From: Candidatus Bathyarchaeota archaeon
Lineage (GTDB): Archaea > Thermoproteota > Bathyarchaeia > Bathyarchaeales > DTEX01
Assembly (NCBI GenBank): GCA_963714275.1
Contig: CAVQNT010000006.1
Coordinates: 1 to 64,000, forward strand
Direction of reading: 5' to 3'
DNA: 64,000 nt
The position numbers were made by a program, and so were the translations under genes. Below are positions 23,070 to 34,332 of this stretch, in pieces. The notes under the pieces were generated by a model. That model was not told where the DNA came from. It did no database searches and saw nothing but the letters and a program-made list of their open reading frames with translations. The first letter of the stretch is position 1, and every line of letters begins with the position of its first letter.

Positions 23070-23804
23070 TTGATGGTTGATTTGCGTTTCAGGGCTGTGC
23101 TTTTCGATTTGTTTGACACTTTGGTGCTGTTTGATGAGGTTAAGGACGATTATCCTGTTTACTTGGACGGAATGCACGAAGCCTTGCTCAACCATGGTGT
23201 CAATGTGTCATTCGAGGTTTTTAAGAAAACCTATTTTGAGGTTCGAAACGAGATAATTGAAAGGTCACGGAAGACTCTTGAGGACCCTCACTTTAACCTC
23301 CGAATTTCCCTTACAATGCAGCGGCTGGGTTTCAACCTCACAGAACAAGACCAGATTGTCACTGACATGACCAAAGCGTTCTCGGACGAGTTCAAAAGCC
23401 GTACACGCCCAGACCCTAATGCAAAAAACATTCTACAACAGCTTCACCAAACATATAAACTAGGACTCGTTTCGAATTTTAGCATCCCTGAATGCGGCTA
23501 TGAGCTTCTAGACCAGTTCGGACTCAAACAATTCTTGGACGCTGTGGTCATCAGCGGAACGGTAAACAGGCGCAAGCCCAGTCCAGAAATATTCAGTACA
23601 GCGTTAAAAGCGTTAGGCGTTGAAGCGTCGGAAACGATTTTCGTGGGAGACAGCCTAAGCGACGATATTCAAGGACCCCAAAACGTGGGAATGACGACTA
23701 TCCTCATCAAACGGAGACCCATACCTGAAGACAACAAGGTCAAGCCAGACGCAATCGTGGAACGGCTCAGCGAACTCCCCAAATTACTCGCAGTCCTAAA
23801 GTAA
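23070..23804 (+). CDS. HAD-superfamily hydrolase
   Basis: FDLFDTL, LVSN, RKPSPEIF, FVGDSLSDDI. Confidence 0.92.
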   Translation: MMVDLRFRAVLFDLFDTLVLFDEVKDDYPVYLDGMHEALLNHGVNVSFEVFKKTYFEVRNEIIERSRKTLEDPHFNLRISLTMQRLGFNLTEQDQIVTDMTKAFSDEFKSRTRPDPNAKNILQQLHQTYKLGLVSNFSIPECGYELLDQFGLKQFLDAVVISGTVNRRKPSPEIFSTALKALGVEASETIFVGDSLSDDIQGPQNVGMTTILIKRRPIPEDNKVKPDAIVERLSELPKLLAVLK

Positions 23805-24091
23805 CTATGGAAACGCATCTTTGCAGAAAACAATCCGAACATTAAAGAAGAAAATGCAAAATTTGGTCAAATTGCTCTAAAAAAAGAACAAACATTTCAC
23901 AAAACAATTTGTTTTTCATTAACTCTAGTATTGTCTCACAAACGGATAACTCGAATGTTACACAAATCAGACCAGTCGGAAACACACATGAAAGTATGAC
24001 CAAAAAGTAAGCCCTTTTTTATAAAAAAAACATAAAAGTTAATTCATCGGAAAATTAAGCCATAACTAATGAAAATACTGAGGTTAAAGGC

Positions 24092-25160
24092 ATGCTTTAC
24101 AGGGAATACTGGAACCAAGTCTGCGAACATTTTAGGGCTTGGTGGGAAAACGAGCGCGATGAACCCTTAATTCAGGTTGTTGCACCCAAAAAAGGCCACG
24201 AAGGTTCGCAGGGATGGGGGGGCTGGGGATTCGCCAAAGACCCATTGAACCCGGAGAAGACTATCGCCAAGTTCGAGGATTACTGTTTAAAAGTTTGGTT
24301 TGGTGGCGACGCGTATCCTGACTTGTGGATCAACCTTGGTCCGGGGATTGCAGCAACCTTCATTGGCGCAGAACCACGATACCGTGACGATTCCGAAACT
24401 GTGTGGTTTGAGACTCCCAAAACCTGGGAAGAACTCGAAAAATTAGAGTTCCGTCCACATGGCAAATGGTGGCAAATAACCAAGAACCTCACTTCCTATG
24501 TGACGGAGAAAAGCCGAGGAAAATTTATGGCTGGAATCACGGATCTGGGCGGAGCAACCGACATCCTTGCTTCGCTGCGTGGCTCACAAAACCTAGTCAT
24601 CGATATGTTCAAAGACGCTGAAAAAGTAAAGGCGCTTTCCCAAAAAATCCTCGAAATGTGGCACACGAGTTATGAAGTACTTTACCGAATCTCCGAAGGA
24701 ACATCTCGCGGAAACTCGGCTTGGATGGGATTGTGGTCGCACGAAAGACTGGTATCCCCTTCAATGCGACTTCGCCGCCATGTTGTCGCCTAAACTTTTC
24801 AGAGAACTTGCGTTCCCCTGTGTAAAGGAACAGTGCGAACGGTTGAATCACACAATCTATCATCTGGACGGTCCAGGAGAGATTCCGCACCTGGACACCT
24901 TGCTCAGCATACCTGAACTCGACGGAATACAGTGGACGCCCGGAGCAGGCCACTCAACAGTCACCTCGCCTGAATGGTTCAACCTTTACAGAAAGATACA
25001 GGAAAGAGGTAAAAGGCTAGTTTTATTGGACGCCTCTGAAAGCCAAGTTCCGTCTTTGACGAAAAATTTGAATCCTAAAGGACTGTTCATCAGAACTTAC
25101 TGCGAAACAGAAGACAAGGCACATGCTCTTTTAAAGACTCTGAGCTACGATTCTCGTTAA
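24092..25160 (+). CDS. URO-D/methyltransferase-fold protein, frameshifted
   Basis: NLGPG, TDLGGATDILASLRG, LQCDFAAMLSP, IYHLDGPG, IQWTPGAG. Confidence 0.75.
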
Positions 25161-25333
25161 AGGCAACGATGGAAACATTTTTCAGACCGAAACGCACAAA
25201 ATAAAAACAAGTAAACGAGGTTAGGAAACAAAATGAAAATGAAAAGGATTCTTCTTATGGATGTACAAGCAATGTTAATATGAAAGTTCAGAATATAACT
25301 CCTTTATAGTCCATTATTGGGGTAGGACATGTT

Positions 25334-26092
25334 TTGACGATGAACATACTTGAACTGCAGAATGTCGCCATTGAGGTTTCTGGTAAAAAAATCTTGGAAG
25401 ACATTAACCTCGAAATTCCCGAAGGTGAAGTGCACGTTCTTTTCGGTCCAAATGGATCAGGAAAAAGCTCGCTACTCATGACCGTTCTGGGCATACCGTC
25501 CTACAAGGTTACGTCGGGCTCTATATTGTTCAAAGGAAAAGACGTGACCCACATGCCCATAAATGAGAGAGTCAAACTCGGAATGAGTGTAGCCTTCCAG
25601 AACCCTCCAGCCATTCGTGGCGTAAAACTCGGCGGCATACTCGACTATCTGGTTACAGACAAGCAGGAAATAGGGGCACTGATGGAAAAGGTAAAGTTTC
25701 CTCCCGAGTTTCTGGAAAGAGACGTAAACCTAGGATTCTCAGGTGGAGAAGTCAAAAAATCAGAGGTCCTGCAGATTCTCGCTCAGAAAGGCGACTTTGT
25801 TATGCTTGATGAACCAGACTCGGGCGTGGACGTTGAAAATTTGAAGGTTGTCGGAAACCTAATTAATAGCTTGCTTTCGGAAAAATCAGCCCTTCTAATC
25901 ACTCATCAAGGTCACATTTTACGGTACGTGAACGCTGATAAAGCCCATGTCCTCATAAAAAGCACAATCGCATGTTCAGGAGAACCCGTAAACATTCTTA
26001 CCCAAATTTTGAATGAAGGATACGGTTGGTGCATGAAATGTCCAAAGATCACGAATCTGCAACAAAAGCAAAAGATAAGCCCGCTGCACTAG
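25334..26092 (+). CDS. sufC: Fe-S assembly ABC ATPase SufC/SmsC
   Basis: GPNGSGKS, GFSGGE, LDEPDSGVD, C-terminal CxxC (WCMKC) as in SMS-type SmsC. Confidence 0.92.
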   Translation: MTMNILELQNVAIEVSGKKILEDINLEIPEGEVHVLFGPNGSGKSSLLMTVLGIPSYKVTSGSILFKGKDVTHMPINERVKLGMSVAFQNPPAIRGVKLGGILDYLVTDKQEIGALMEKVKFPPEFLERDVNLGFSGGEVKKSEVLQILAQKGDFVMLDEPDSGVDVENLKVVGNLINSLLSEKSALLITHQGHILRYVNADKAHVLIKSTIACSGEPVNILTQILNEGYGWCMKCPKITNLQQKQKISPLH

Positions 26093-27262
26093 GTCCAGAC
26101 ATTAACGTAAACAAATTCACGAGGGAAACAAAAAGCTGGGAATCCTGCCCGATTTCGCAGCTCCCCGAAGATGTGTTGAGACGGGCTTACGAAGTGGGCA
26201 TAGTTCCCGAGAAAGAGTCGCGTTCAGGCACATTTTTCCAGTCTGACCATTCCGTTACCTCGAGAGTAGTTCAAAGCATGTTCGAAGGTAAAGCCGAAGT
26301 CATGAGCACAGCTGACGCCATGAAAAAGTATAACTGGCTCAAAGACTACTGGTGGAAAGTCGTCAAGGTCGACGCGGACAAGTACACGTCCCTCGCTGAG
26401 ACGAAATGGGACCAAGGCTACTTCATCAGGATACTGGAAGACCAGAAAGTTATGCTTCCGCTTCAAGCCTGCCTTTTTATCTCTACAAATAACCTTGACC
26501 AGAATGTCCACAACATCATCATCGCTGAAGCTGGCTCAGAAAGTCAGCTGAATAACAGGCTGTACAACACATCCGAACGTCAACAGCGGACTGCACGTTG
26601 GAATTTCGGAATTTTTCGTCAAGGAAGACGCGAAGCTCACCTTCACCATGATCCACAATTGGGCGGAAGGATTCGATGTTCGCCCGAGATCAGCAGCCAT
26701 GATCGGGGGCAACGGAGTTTTCGTAAGCAACTACCTATGCTTCAAACCCGTAAAAAGCCTCCAGATGTATCCAACAGCGTACTGCAAGGGCGTGAACTCG
26801 AGAGTTAGCTTCAATAGCATCCTTTACGGCATGAAAGACTCATACATAGATACCGGAGCAAAAGTGGTGCTCCAAAACGAGGGAACAAGAGGTCAAGTAG
26901 TAGCACGGACAATAGCCACCGACAACGCCCAAATCTACGCCCGAGGCTTTCTGCAGGGAGAACACGATGCCAGTAAAGCCCACTTGGAATGCCGAGGCTT
27001 ATTGTTATCCGACAACGCCCAAATTTACGCTATTCCAGAGCTTCTAGCAAAAGCTAAAGGCTCAGACCTTTCGCATGAGGCTGCGGTTGGAAAAATTTCT
27101 GAAGAGCAAGTCCAATACTTAATGGCACGCGGGTTCACCGAAGACGAGGCAACCGCTCTTATAGTCAGAGGATTCATGGATGTAAGCATCTTTGGGCTGC
27201 CCAAGAATTTAGAGAATGAAATCAGACGCATGGTCGACATAACAGCCATTAAAGCCTTGTAG
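26026..27262 (+). CDS. sufB: SufB/SufD-family (SmsB) Fe-S scaffold, frameshifted
   Basis: PLQAC, QNVHNIII, MYPT, HLECRGLLL, LSHEAAVGKI, YLMARG. Confidence 0.9.
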
Positions 27263-27271
27263 ATATCCTAT

Positions 27272-28197
27272 TTAGGAATAATCTGAAAGCGTTTTCTGCA
27301 TTTTTCCCTCTCTCAGCCCGATGACATATTCCGTTATGCTGTCAACATCCCTGAATCTGAGGTTAAAGAGCTTGCTGAATCCCCAACCAGTACATTTTAT
27401 GCTGGAAATGACTGATGCCGCCGTGACTGCTTTCACGAAGTCTCCTGTCAACTGGTAAGCTGCAAGGAAGCTCCGCACCAAGCATCACCAGCGCCAGTCG
27501 TGTCCATAATCTTCTCAATAGGAAACCTCAAGGCTGGAACCATCTGAACTCCGCCTTTTTCCGTGTTCATGATGGCTCCAAACTCCCCCAGCGTAACCAC
27601 AAGCGTCTTAGCCTTAAGCAGCTTAAAGGCAATCGAAAGCGAATCCGTCTCAGTCAGAGTTTTCACTTCGGAATCGTTGACTATGAAGAAATCAACCTTT
27701 TCAGCTATTTCCCGCAAAACCTTGCGGTCTCTCCCAGTTTTTATGTAACCAATCCACGTGTTAACGGAAATTTTGGTCTCAGGCGACATTTCCTTAACTC
27801 TGGAAACAATTTTGTGAACCCTCAAGGGCGACAAAGGAGAAATGTGAATGACGCTGTTCAGGTTCAGCTCTTCATTAGGCAATGTCGCAAATGATATTTT
27901 TTTTCCTGCGCCATAGTCTTCCTGAAGATAGTGGGCTTCCCACCTTTCATCGTAGCAAATAGAAAATTTTGTTGAAGGCATAGAGACGACTTTCACGTGC
28001 CTTTGGGCGAACGACTTTAAGACATCCACGAACCTGTAATCTCTACCAATCACAGAAGCTAAAACAACATTCTCAACAAGCGTCTTTGCTGCCACAGCTG
28101 CATGTAGAGCCGCGCCACCAGGCTGAACGTTTACTCCGTTAATGTTTTGAACTGTGTCAACCGAAACGTGCCCAAGGAAAGTTATGCTTCCTGACAA
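27272..28197 (-). CDS. PfkB family carbohydrate kinase, frameshifted near 3' end
   Basis: GGAA, VNDSE, VVTLGEFGA, DTTGAGD. Confidence 0.9.
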
Positions 28198-28373
28198 CAG
28201 TCAACCCGTCCAACCCTGCAGTGAACTCAAGGATATGTAGTGCTTCTTTATTGATATATGCGGTCCGTTACGAAATAAAAAATAGTAAACAATACAACAA
28301 AAACGGTTCGAAGAGATTAGTTAGTTTTATAACATTGTTCGTTTCAAAGTTGAACATCGAAAAGGGATGAAGT

Positions 28374-29770
28374 ATGTCAGGAAAAGACTCCGTCAGCGAC
28401 ATTGACCGTGAATACCTGAGGAAACATCCAGAATCTATGGCTCTCCATGAAAGAGCCATGAAACACTTCGCCAGAGGTGTAACTCACGACTCACGCTTTT
28501 TTGAACCCACGCCTATATACTGTGTTAGGGCTAAGGGTTCACGCAAGTGGGACGTAGATGGCAACGAATACATCGATTTTTGGATGGGGCACGGCGCCTT
28601 AATCCTTGGGCACGCCAATCCCATGGTAACTAAGGCAGTCGTTGAACAGGCTCGGAAGGGAACCCATTACGGTGCGTCCCACGAACTTGAAATCGAGTGG
28701 GCGGAAAAAGTGAAACACCTTATTCCTTGCGCTCAGAACGGGCTAGTTGAGTTTACGAGCTCAGGCACCGAGGCAACGATGATGGCTTTAAGGATCGCCA
28801 GAGCCTACACGGGTAAATCGAAGATTATAAAGTTCATTTCACACTTTCACGGCTGGCTGGACTACACACTTGTTGACCATAATCCAGCCTTCTCCCCGCC
28901 TTTAACAGGTTCTTTTCCTTCAGGAGTACCCAGTGAAACGTGCCAAACAATGATTGCCCTGCCACCCAACGACGTCGAATCCATGGAGCAAACGCTTAAG
29001 CAAGGCGACATTGCAGCCATCATCTTGGAGCCAGGCGGAGCCTCAATGGGCTATCTTCCGACTTCCACGTCTTTCTTGCAGAGGCTTAGAAGGATCACAG
29101 AAAAAACTGGAGTCGTGTTAATTTTCGACGAGGTTGTAACCGGGTTCAGGGACACGCCTGGCGGAGCACAACAACATTATGGCGTAATCCCAGACATTTC
29201 GACCCTTGGAAAGATTCTGGGCGGAGGATACCCCGGTGGCGCGGTTGCTGGAAAGAAGGAGATAATGGAAATGCTTGACATCAAGAAGGAAGAAGGCTGG
29301 GGTGAAAGAAGAATCAGCCATCCGGGCACTTTTAACGCGAATCCCATTTGCGCTGCAGCTGGTAATGCTTGCCTTGGGCTGATCAGGGAAAGGAAGGTTC
29401 ATCCGAAGGTTAACCGTTTAGGTGAAGAGTTCAAGTCTGCTCTGAATGATGTTTTACGAGACAATAGCGTCAGCGGTTTAGCTTGGGGAACAACGTCCTC
29501 AATTGTGTTCGTAGGCTTCGGCTTTTCGGAGGAAGACTTGCAAGTAGTCGACATCGACAGTTACGTGAAGTTTCAGAAAAAAAGAGACCAAAGCCAGAAG
29601 GCGGGAAAAAGGCTTGAAAAGCTTTAATCAACAAGGGCATTCACCCGATGGGAGCAAGGTTCGTACTTTCCGTTGCACACAACAAAACAGACATTCAAAC
29701 AACCGCAAAGAAATTTGATTTGTCGCTGAAAGAACTTAAAGCTGAAGGAACACTCAGGGAGTTCGCATAG
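28374..29770 (+). CDS. Class III aminotransferase (glutamate-1-semialdehyde aminomutase-like), frameshifted near 3' end
   Basis: WDVDGNEYID, SSGTEATM, LIFDEVVTGFR, GKILGGG, GTFNANP. Confidence 0.9.
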
Positions 29771-29883
29771 GCAGATATCTAATAAAGGCAAAAAAACACA
29801 TTTTTCGAATGTAAATGAATAACTGTTTTCAGCATAGTTCTATTATTCTTTTTATAGAAAAAAGGTGGAAGGAGCCTATTTTG

Positions 29884-30264
29884 TTAGATTAGTGCGTCCA
29901 GCACTCTTCTTTCGCTGATTATTCCGACGAGTCTACTGTTTTTTGTGACTGCGAGTCTTCTCACGTTTTTGTTCCGCATCATCTCGATTGCATCTCTGAT
30001 TGTTTTATCCACATCGATTGCTACGAGAGGTGAAGACATTATTTCCTGAGCCTTTGTTTTCATCGGGTCCTTACGATCCTTCACAATGCTTTTAACGATG
30101 TCTCTTTCAGTGACCATACCACTAGGTGCGCCGCCACTCATCACAATCACTGAGCCGATGTTATTTGTGAACATCTTGTCTGCTATGGACCAGACTGTGT
30201 CAGAGAATAGTGCAGTGACAGGAGGGCTCCTCATGACACTTTCAACTGAAGCTTTTAAACCCAA
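29884..30264 (-). CDS. CBS domain pair protein
   Basis: GMVTERDI, IMSSPLV, VRRLAV..LVGIIS. Confidence 0.9.
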   Translation of the reverse strand: MGLKASVESVMRSPPVTALFSDTVWSIADKMFTNNIGSVIVMSGGAPSGMVTERDIVKSIVKDRKDPMKTKAQEIMSSPLVAIDVDKTIRDAIEMMRNKNVRRLAVTKNSRLVGIISERRVLDALI

Positions 30265-30410
30265 ATTTTAACCCCGACTATTATGTTAAAAATTCCTTCT
30301 TTTAACTTTTTGGATTCAATTCATTACAGGAAGTGATTCAAAATCTTAGCAGCTAATCATCAAATAATAAAGTAATGTCCCAAAAAAGGAAATAATGGAA
30401 AATTAATCTT

Positions 30411-31559
30411 TCAATGTTTTGGTTGAAAGATTTCTTCGTTTGGTCTTGGCAACCTTTGCTGAACTGGTAGCAATGAAGGACCGCCTTTTTTCGGTTCTGT
30501 GAGGTAATAGTAAGTTGTGCTTGAGTAGTCGTTGCTCAACGTGTTAGCGTGCCCATGCTCGATTGTGGCTTTAATGCTTTTGCGGAACCTAATCGGGTCC
30601 TCAATGTAATACCGATAAACAGTCTGCTTTCCTCTCCAGCTCCAGTCTTTTGTGCCTGAATAAAGGATTATGCCATGATAAGGCGCACTGATTTCTTGAG
30701 TAGGACTGTACGCGCAGTTGAACCAGTCCTCTGTTCCTGTTCCGTGCAGTGACGGCGGCCACTTCTCTCCGTCGATGAAAACCATGTCGTCTCCTTCTCC
30801 GTACCAATCGTCAGGGTTACGCTGGAAACAATCCACGTCTAAATGGGCACCGCAGTAGACGCCGTTTCCCTTAGCATCAAGAATGACGTAGTTATGGTAT
30901 CCACTCTTGTTAAAGTTGCGCTGGTCGTTTGACATTTCCTTTAAGGATATTCCTTCTTCGTAAGCCCATCCAAAAGTATTAACCTCGCGGCGCCACTGAA
31001 CATGGAAATACGCTAAGTTCTTGATGGCATCAATGGACTCGTAACTTTCATAGTCGAAGTAGAAGTAATGCCAGTAAGCTTCTTCACCTTGATTTTCCAC
31101 CTCTACTAAAGCTTTTGTTTTGAAGGGCATAGGCCACCAAGAATTGAACCCTTTTCCTTCCTGGGGACTCATCTGAAGAGGTAAAGAAACAAAGTTTTTT
31201 CTGATCCCATGCCCTAAACCGAAGAAATCTCCAATGGGACATTCGACGCTAGGTTCTTCGCAGCCATCCCAAAAAAACCTTAAGACAATGCGTCTAAGAT
31301 AATCCTCTTTTGGCAACCCAAGAGTCATCCATATGTGTTTTATGCAGCCTGAACCGTTAATAGTGGCTAGGGTTCTTCTTTCTCCAGGCTTGATTTGCCA
31401 TGCGTCAATGTTTCCGCCTGTCGGGTCGTAACTCGATATTCTATGACTTGAATAATTTCTTAATTGGGGAAGAGATGCTAAACTAGAATTTCCAATCAAC
31501 ACGTTTTCCTCCAGAAACATTGTTTCTTGATGATGTAATATAAGCCTTACCAAAACCAT
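30411..31559 (-). CDS. DUF2961 / GH172-like glycoside hydrolase
   Basis: SSYDPTGGN, HIWMT, PSVECPIGDFFG, WYGEGD, GTGTEDWF, TIEHGHAN. Confidence 0.88.
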   Translation of the reverse strand: MVLVRLILHHQETMFLEENVLIGNSSLASLPQLRNYSSHRISSYDPTGGNIDAWQIKPGERRTLATINGSGCIKHIWMTLGLPKEDYLRRIVLRFFWDGCEEPSVECPIGDFFGLGHGIRKNFVSLPLQMSPQEGKGFNSWWPMPFKTKALVEVENQGEEAYWHYFYFDYESYESIDAIKNLAYFHVQWRREVNTFGWAYEEGISLKEMSNDQRNFNKSGYHNYVILDAKGNGVYCGAHLDVDCFQRNPDDWYGEGDDMVFIDGEKWPPSLHGTGTEDWFNCAYSPTQEISAPYHGIILYSGTKDWSWRGKQTVYRYYIEDPIRFRKSIKATIEHGHANTLSNDYSSTTYYYLTEPKKGGPSLLPVQQRLPRPNEEIFQPKH

Positions 31560-31576
31560 TAGTCAAAAAATATCGT

Positions 31577-32365
31577 TCAAGATTCTAGATCGAAGGTTAT
31601 TTTGATTCGTTCTGAATGTGTGTAAACATTAAATCTTCTTCCTCTAACGAAACCAATAAGGGTTAAGCATCTTTTTTCTGCAACTTCTATGCCTTTGTCG
31701 GTGCTTGATGTAAGTGAAACAATAACGGGGACATCAACATTTACAGCTTTACTTACGATTTCTGAAGACAGCCTTCCAGTTGAGGCAAGGATCGTTTGTT
31801 CCAGATTGATGCGTTTCAGGGCAGCTTCCCCTATGACCTTGTCTATTGTATTATGTCTGCTAATGTCCTCTGAAAAAACCAAAACCTCACCCTTACTGTT
31901 AAGCAAGGCTGCAGCGTGCGTGCCTCCGGTTCTTTTAAAAATAGCTGCCTTAGAGTCTAAAATTTTCGCAGCATTCAGAATAGTTTCAGGATTTAATACA
32001 AGATTCTGAAATTTCTTTGGTTTCTTCGCTTTTTCTTCCTTTTTTGTTCGGATGACATTTTCGTATAAAAGTGTGACGATTACTTTTTCTTTTTCGAAAC
32101 GTAGTTGTAAGATTTCCTCAGGACTATTAATTACTCCTTGGGTCAACAGGTGTCCGACTATCAACTCTCTAGTTTTACTGGGAGAACACGTGAAAACAGT
32201 GGAGGGCTTGTTGTTAATATACAATCGTATTGTCGTTTCTGTAACAACCTCATCTTGAACATGTTCAAATAATCTTTTTCCGAGGTTAACCCTTATGATT
32301 TCATGTGTTGTTGTTACTTTTCCTCCGCCCAGGTCCTTTTTTCCCGTATTCATACTATCTGACAC
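31577..32365 (-). CDS. fdhD: Formate dehydrogenase accessory sulfurtransferase FdhD
   Basis: TGGTHAAAL, EDISRHNTIDKVIG, TGRLSSEIV, GFVRG. Confidence 0.9.
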   Translation of the reverse strand: MSDSMNTGKKDLGGGKVTTTHEIIRVNLGKRLFEHVQDEVVTETTIRLYINNKPSTVFTCSPSKTRELIVGHLLTQGVINSPEEILQLRFEKEKVIVTLLYENVIRTKKEEKAKKPKKFQNLVLNPETILNAAKILDSKAAIFKRTGGTHAAALLNSKGEVLVFSEDISRHNTIDKVIGEAALKRINLEQTILASTGRLSSEIVSKAVNVDVPVIVSLTSSTDKGIEVAEKRCLTLIGFVRGRRFNVYTHSERIKITFDLES

Positions 32366-32507
32366 CTTTATGAACCTTTTTATAAATTTTTACGTTAAAA
32401 TGTTAGGTTTTTGGAATAGAAAACACATAAATTAAGGAATTTTCGGCTGACAACCATAAACATTTTATATGGTATTAAAATGTTATATTGCTTTTGGATG
32501 AGCGAAC

Positions 32508-32834
32508 ATGTATCCTCCATGCGAGATTGTTACCAGATCAGTTCTTCCAGTGTTCAGGTCGTTCGTGGCAAAAGAACTTGTTGAAAAATATGGATTCACC
32601 CAAATGGAAGTTGCCAAAAGACTGGGAACATCGCAGGCTGCCATCAGCCAGTATCTTCACTCGAAAAGGGGATACGGAGGATCTAGCCAAGTTAAACCCT
32701 CTCTACCAAAAGTACGCAAGTTGGCTAGTGAACTAGCAAAGCGAATAGTAGCAGAAAACATGTCTGCTGAAGAAGTAATGGCAACCTTCTGCGACATATG
32801 CAGAAAACTTTACCCACCCATATACCGATCTTAA
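32508..32834 (+). CDS. Archaeal HTH transcriptional regulator
   Basis: PPCE...TQMEVAKRLGTSQAAISQYLHSKRG...CDIC. Confidence 0.88.
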   Translation: MYPPCEIVTRSVLPVFRSFVAKELVEKYGFTQMEVAKRLGTSQAAISQYLHSKRGYGGSSQVKPSLPKVRKLASELAKRIVAENMSAEEVMATFCDICRKLYPPIYRS

Positions 32835-32991
32835 ATGCGCTCTGTGCTACTATGCCGTGATTTTTTAGGTAGATATACTATATCCTTAGCTAACAAAAGC
32901 TTTTCAGAATGCATAAACCAGCCAACATATTAGTTCTATATGAGTCTAAATGTTAGAAACTCTTTTAAGCAATTCAATTTTCTGAAATATT

Positions 32992-33267
32992 GTGTTACAG
33001 ACTTTGGAGATTAAAAAAGTTATTCTTGCAGTTTTTGGGGTTACAGCAGCAATTGTCGGTTGGGGGATGTGGATGGAACCTCATTTAGACTTTACCATCC
33101 TACTTTCGTTGATGACTGACGAAATTATGCGGTTGACAAGAGACCCCTTCGCAATACTAGGATTCATGATTATGCTGCTGGGGCTTTGGGCTTTTTTCAA
33201 AGCTATCTTCGACAACCAAGATGTGAGGGGATTTTTCTCTTTCGACAAAGAGCATGAAGAACTTTAG
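32992..33267 (+). CDS. Small membrane protein
   Basis: Two hydrophobic segments in a 91-aa ORF. Confidence 0.5.
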   Translation: MLQTLEIKKVILAVFGVTAAIVGWGMWMEPHLDFTILLSLMTDEIMRLTRDPFAILGFMIMLLGLWAFFKAIFDNQDVRGFFSFDKEHEEL

Positions 33268-33309
33268 TTTTGAAATGTTATGAATGTGTTCTTATCTTAA
33301 CCAGTTCTT

Positions 33310-33500
33310 TAGCTGCTAACATGAGTTAATTCTTTCTTCCATTGTCTGATATTCTTGGAAGAAGGAAGACTTATTTCCAATCCTTCCTTGTCAACGTGAC
33401 TTTTGAATCGTTCATGGATTGTCTTTGGGTCAAGCGACCCATGTCTTCCACAGAGGAGATTCCGACCTTGTCCAAGATGTCTGAGTGAATCTCTTTTCCG
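33310..33500 (-). pseudogene. Degenerate DUF4332-like fragment
   Basis: Joined frames read ILDKVGISSVEDMGRL/DPKTIHERFKSHVDKEGLEISLPSSKNIRQWK; upstream part has stops. Confidence 0.3.
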
Positions 33501-33982
33501 AAAAATACTTTCAAAGAAGGGCTTCTATTTCTTTTTCGTCTCGCAAGGACAGGATTGAAGTCTTAAGTAAGGTGTACTGATTTACTGTCTAGCTTCGTCG
33601 CTCGTATCTACTGTCACTGTGAGGTTATTAAAACTCTCTAATGAAATCGTATAGCTGAATCCCCGGGATCCATTACCGTTTGTAATATGTTTTTTTTATT
33701 GTCTCTTTTTAAAGGCAGGTCATCCATCTCCTTCATTAAATGTTATAATATTATATTTTCTGTGTTTTGGTTGCTTCACCCCCTTAATGATTCACATAAA
33801 TTAAATAAATGTATCAACCCAAGCTAGCTAACTTTCAGCTAATTCCTTACTGCATCTACAATGGAATATGCCATAAATTTTTCGGTAATCCATAGTTCGA
33901 TAAACACCAGTCATCTTCACGACGAGCTATACTTCAACCACTATACCTGATACCCGAGAATAGTCCTCTTCAGCGAAAAGTA

Positions 33983-34101
33983 TGGTGCGGGGAGCGGGAT
34001 TTGAACCCGCGAACCCCTAAGGGACAGGCTCCTGAAGCTTGCGCGCCCTTGTTTGTGGTTGTTTGGGTTCTGCGCCTTTGACCTGGCTTGGCGACCCCCG
34101 C
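33983..34101 (-). tRNA. trnL: tRNA-Leu(CAG) with 31-nt intron at position 29/30; CCA encoded
   Basis: GCGGGGG acceptor...CAG[intron 34039-34069]GC TT CAG GA GCCTG, long variable arm, GGTTCAAATCC T-loop, ACCA end. Confidence 0.93.
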
Positions 34102-34332
34102 TGTCAATTGGCGTTCAGAATCTTTTATCCATCATGTTTGGTTGTGCTTCAGCCAAGCAATTATTGAGTAAAAGAGCCTTGAAATATAAAGATATCACGT
34201 GTTATGTGTCCACAAAAGGCGAAAAACAAAAAATCCGTGTTCACGTGCGAGACATATATATCCTCATGAAAGCGAAGTTTATATGGTAGCTCCAGAAATC
34301 AGCATCCGCCCGCTTCACGGAGACCGTCGCCG

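Noticed and set aside
33270-33982. Integrated element at the 3' end of tRNA-Leu
   Set aside because: Only degenerate fragments; no integrase or duplicated tRNA 3' end found in the window
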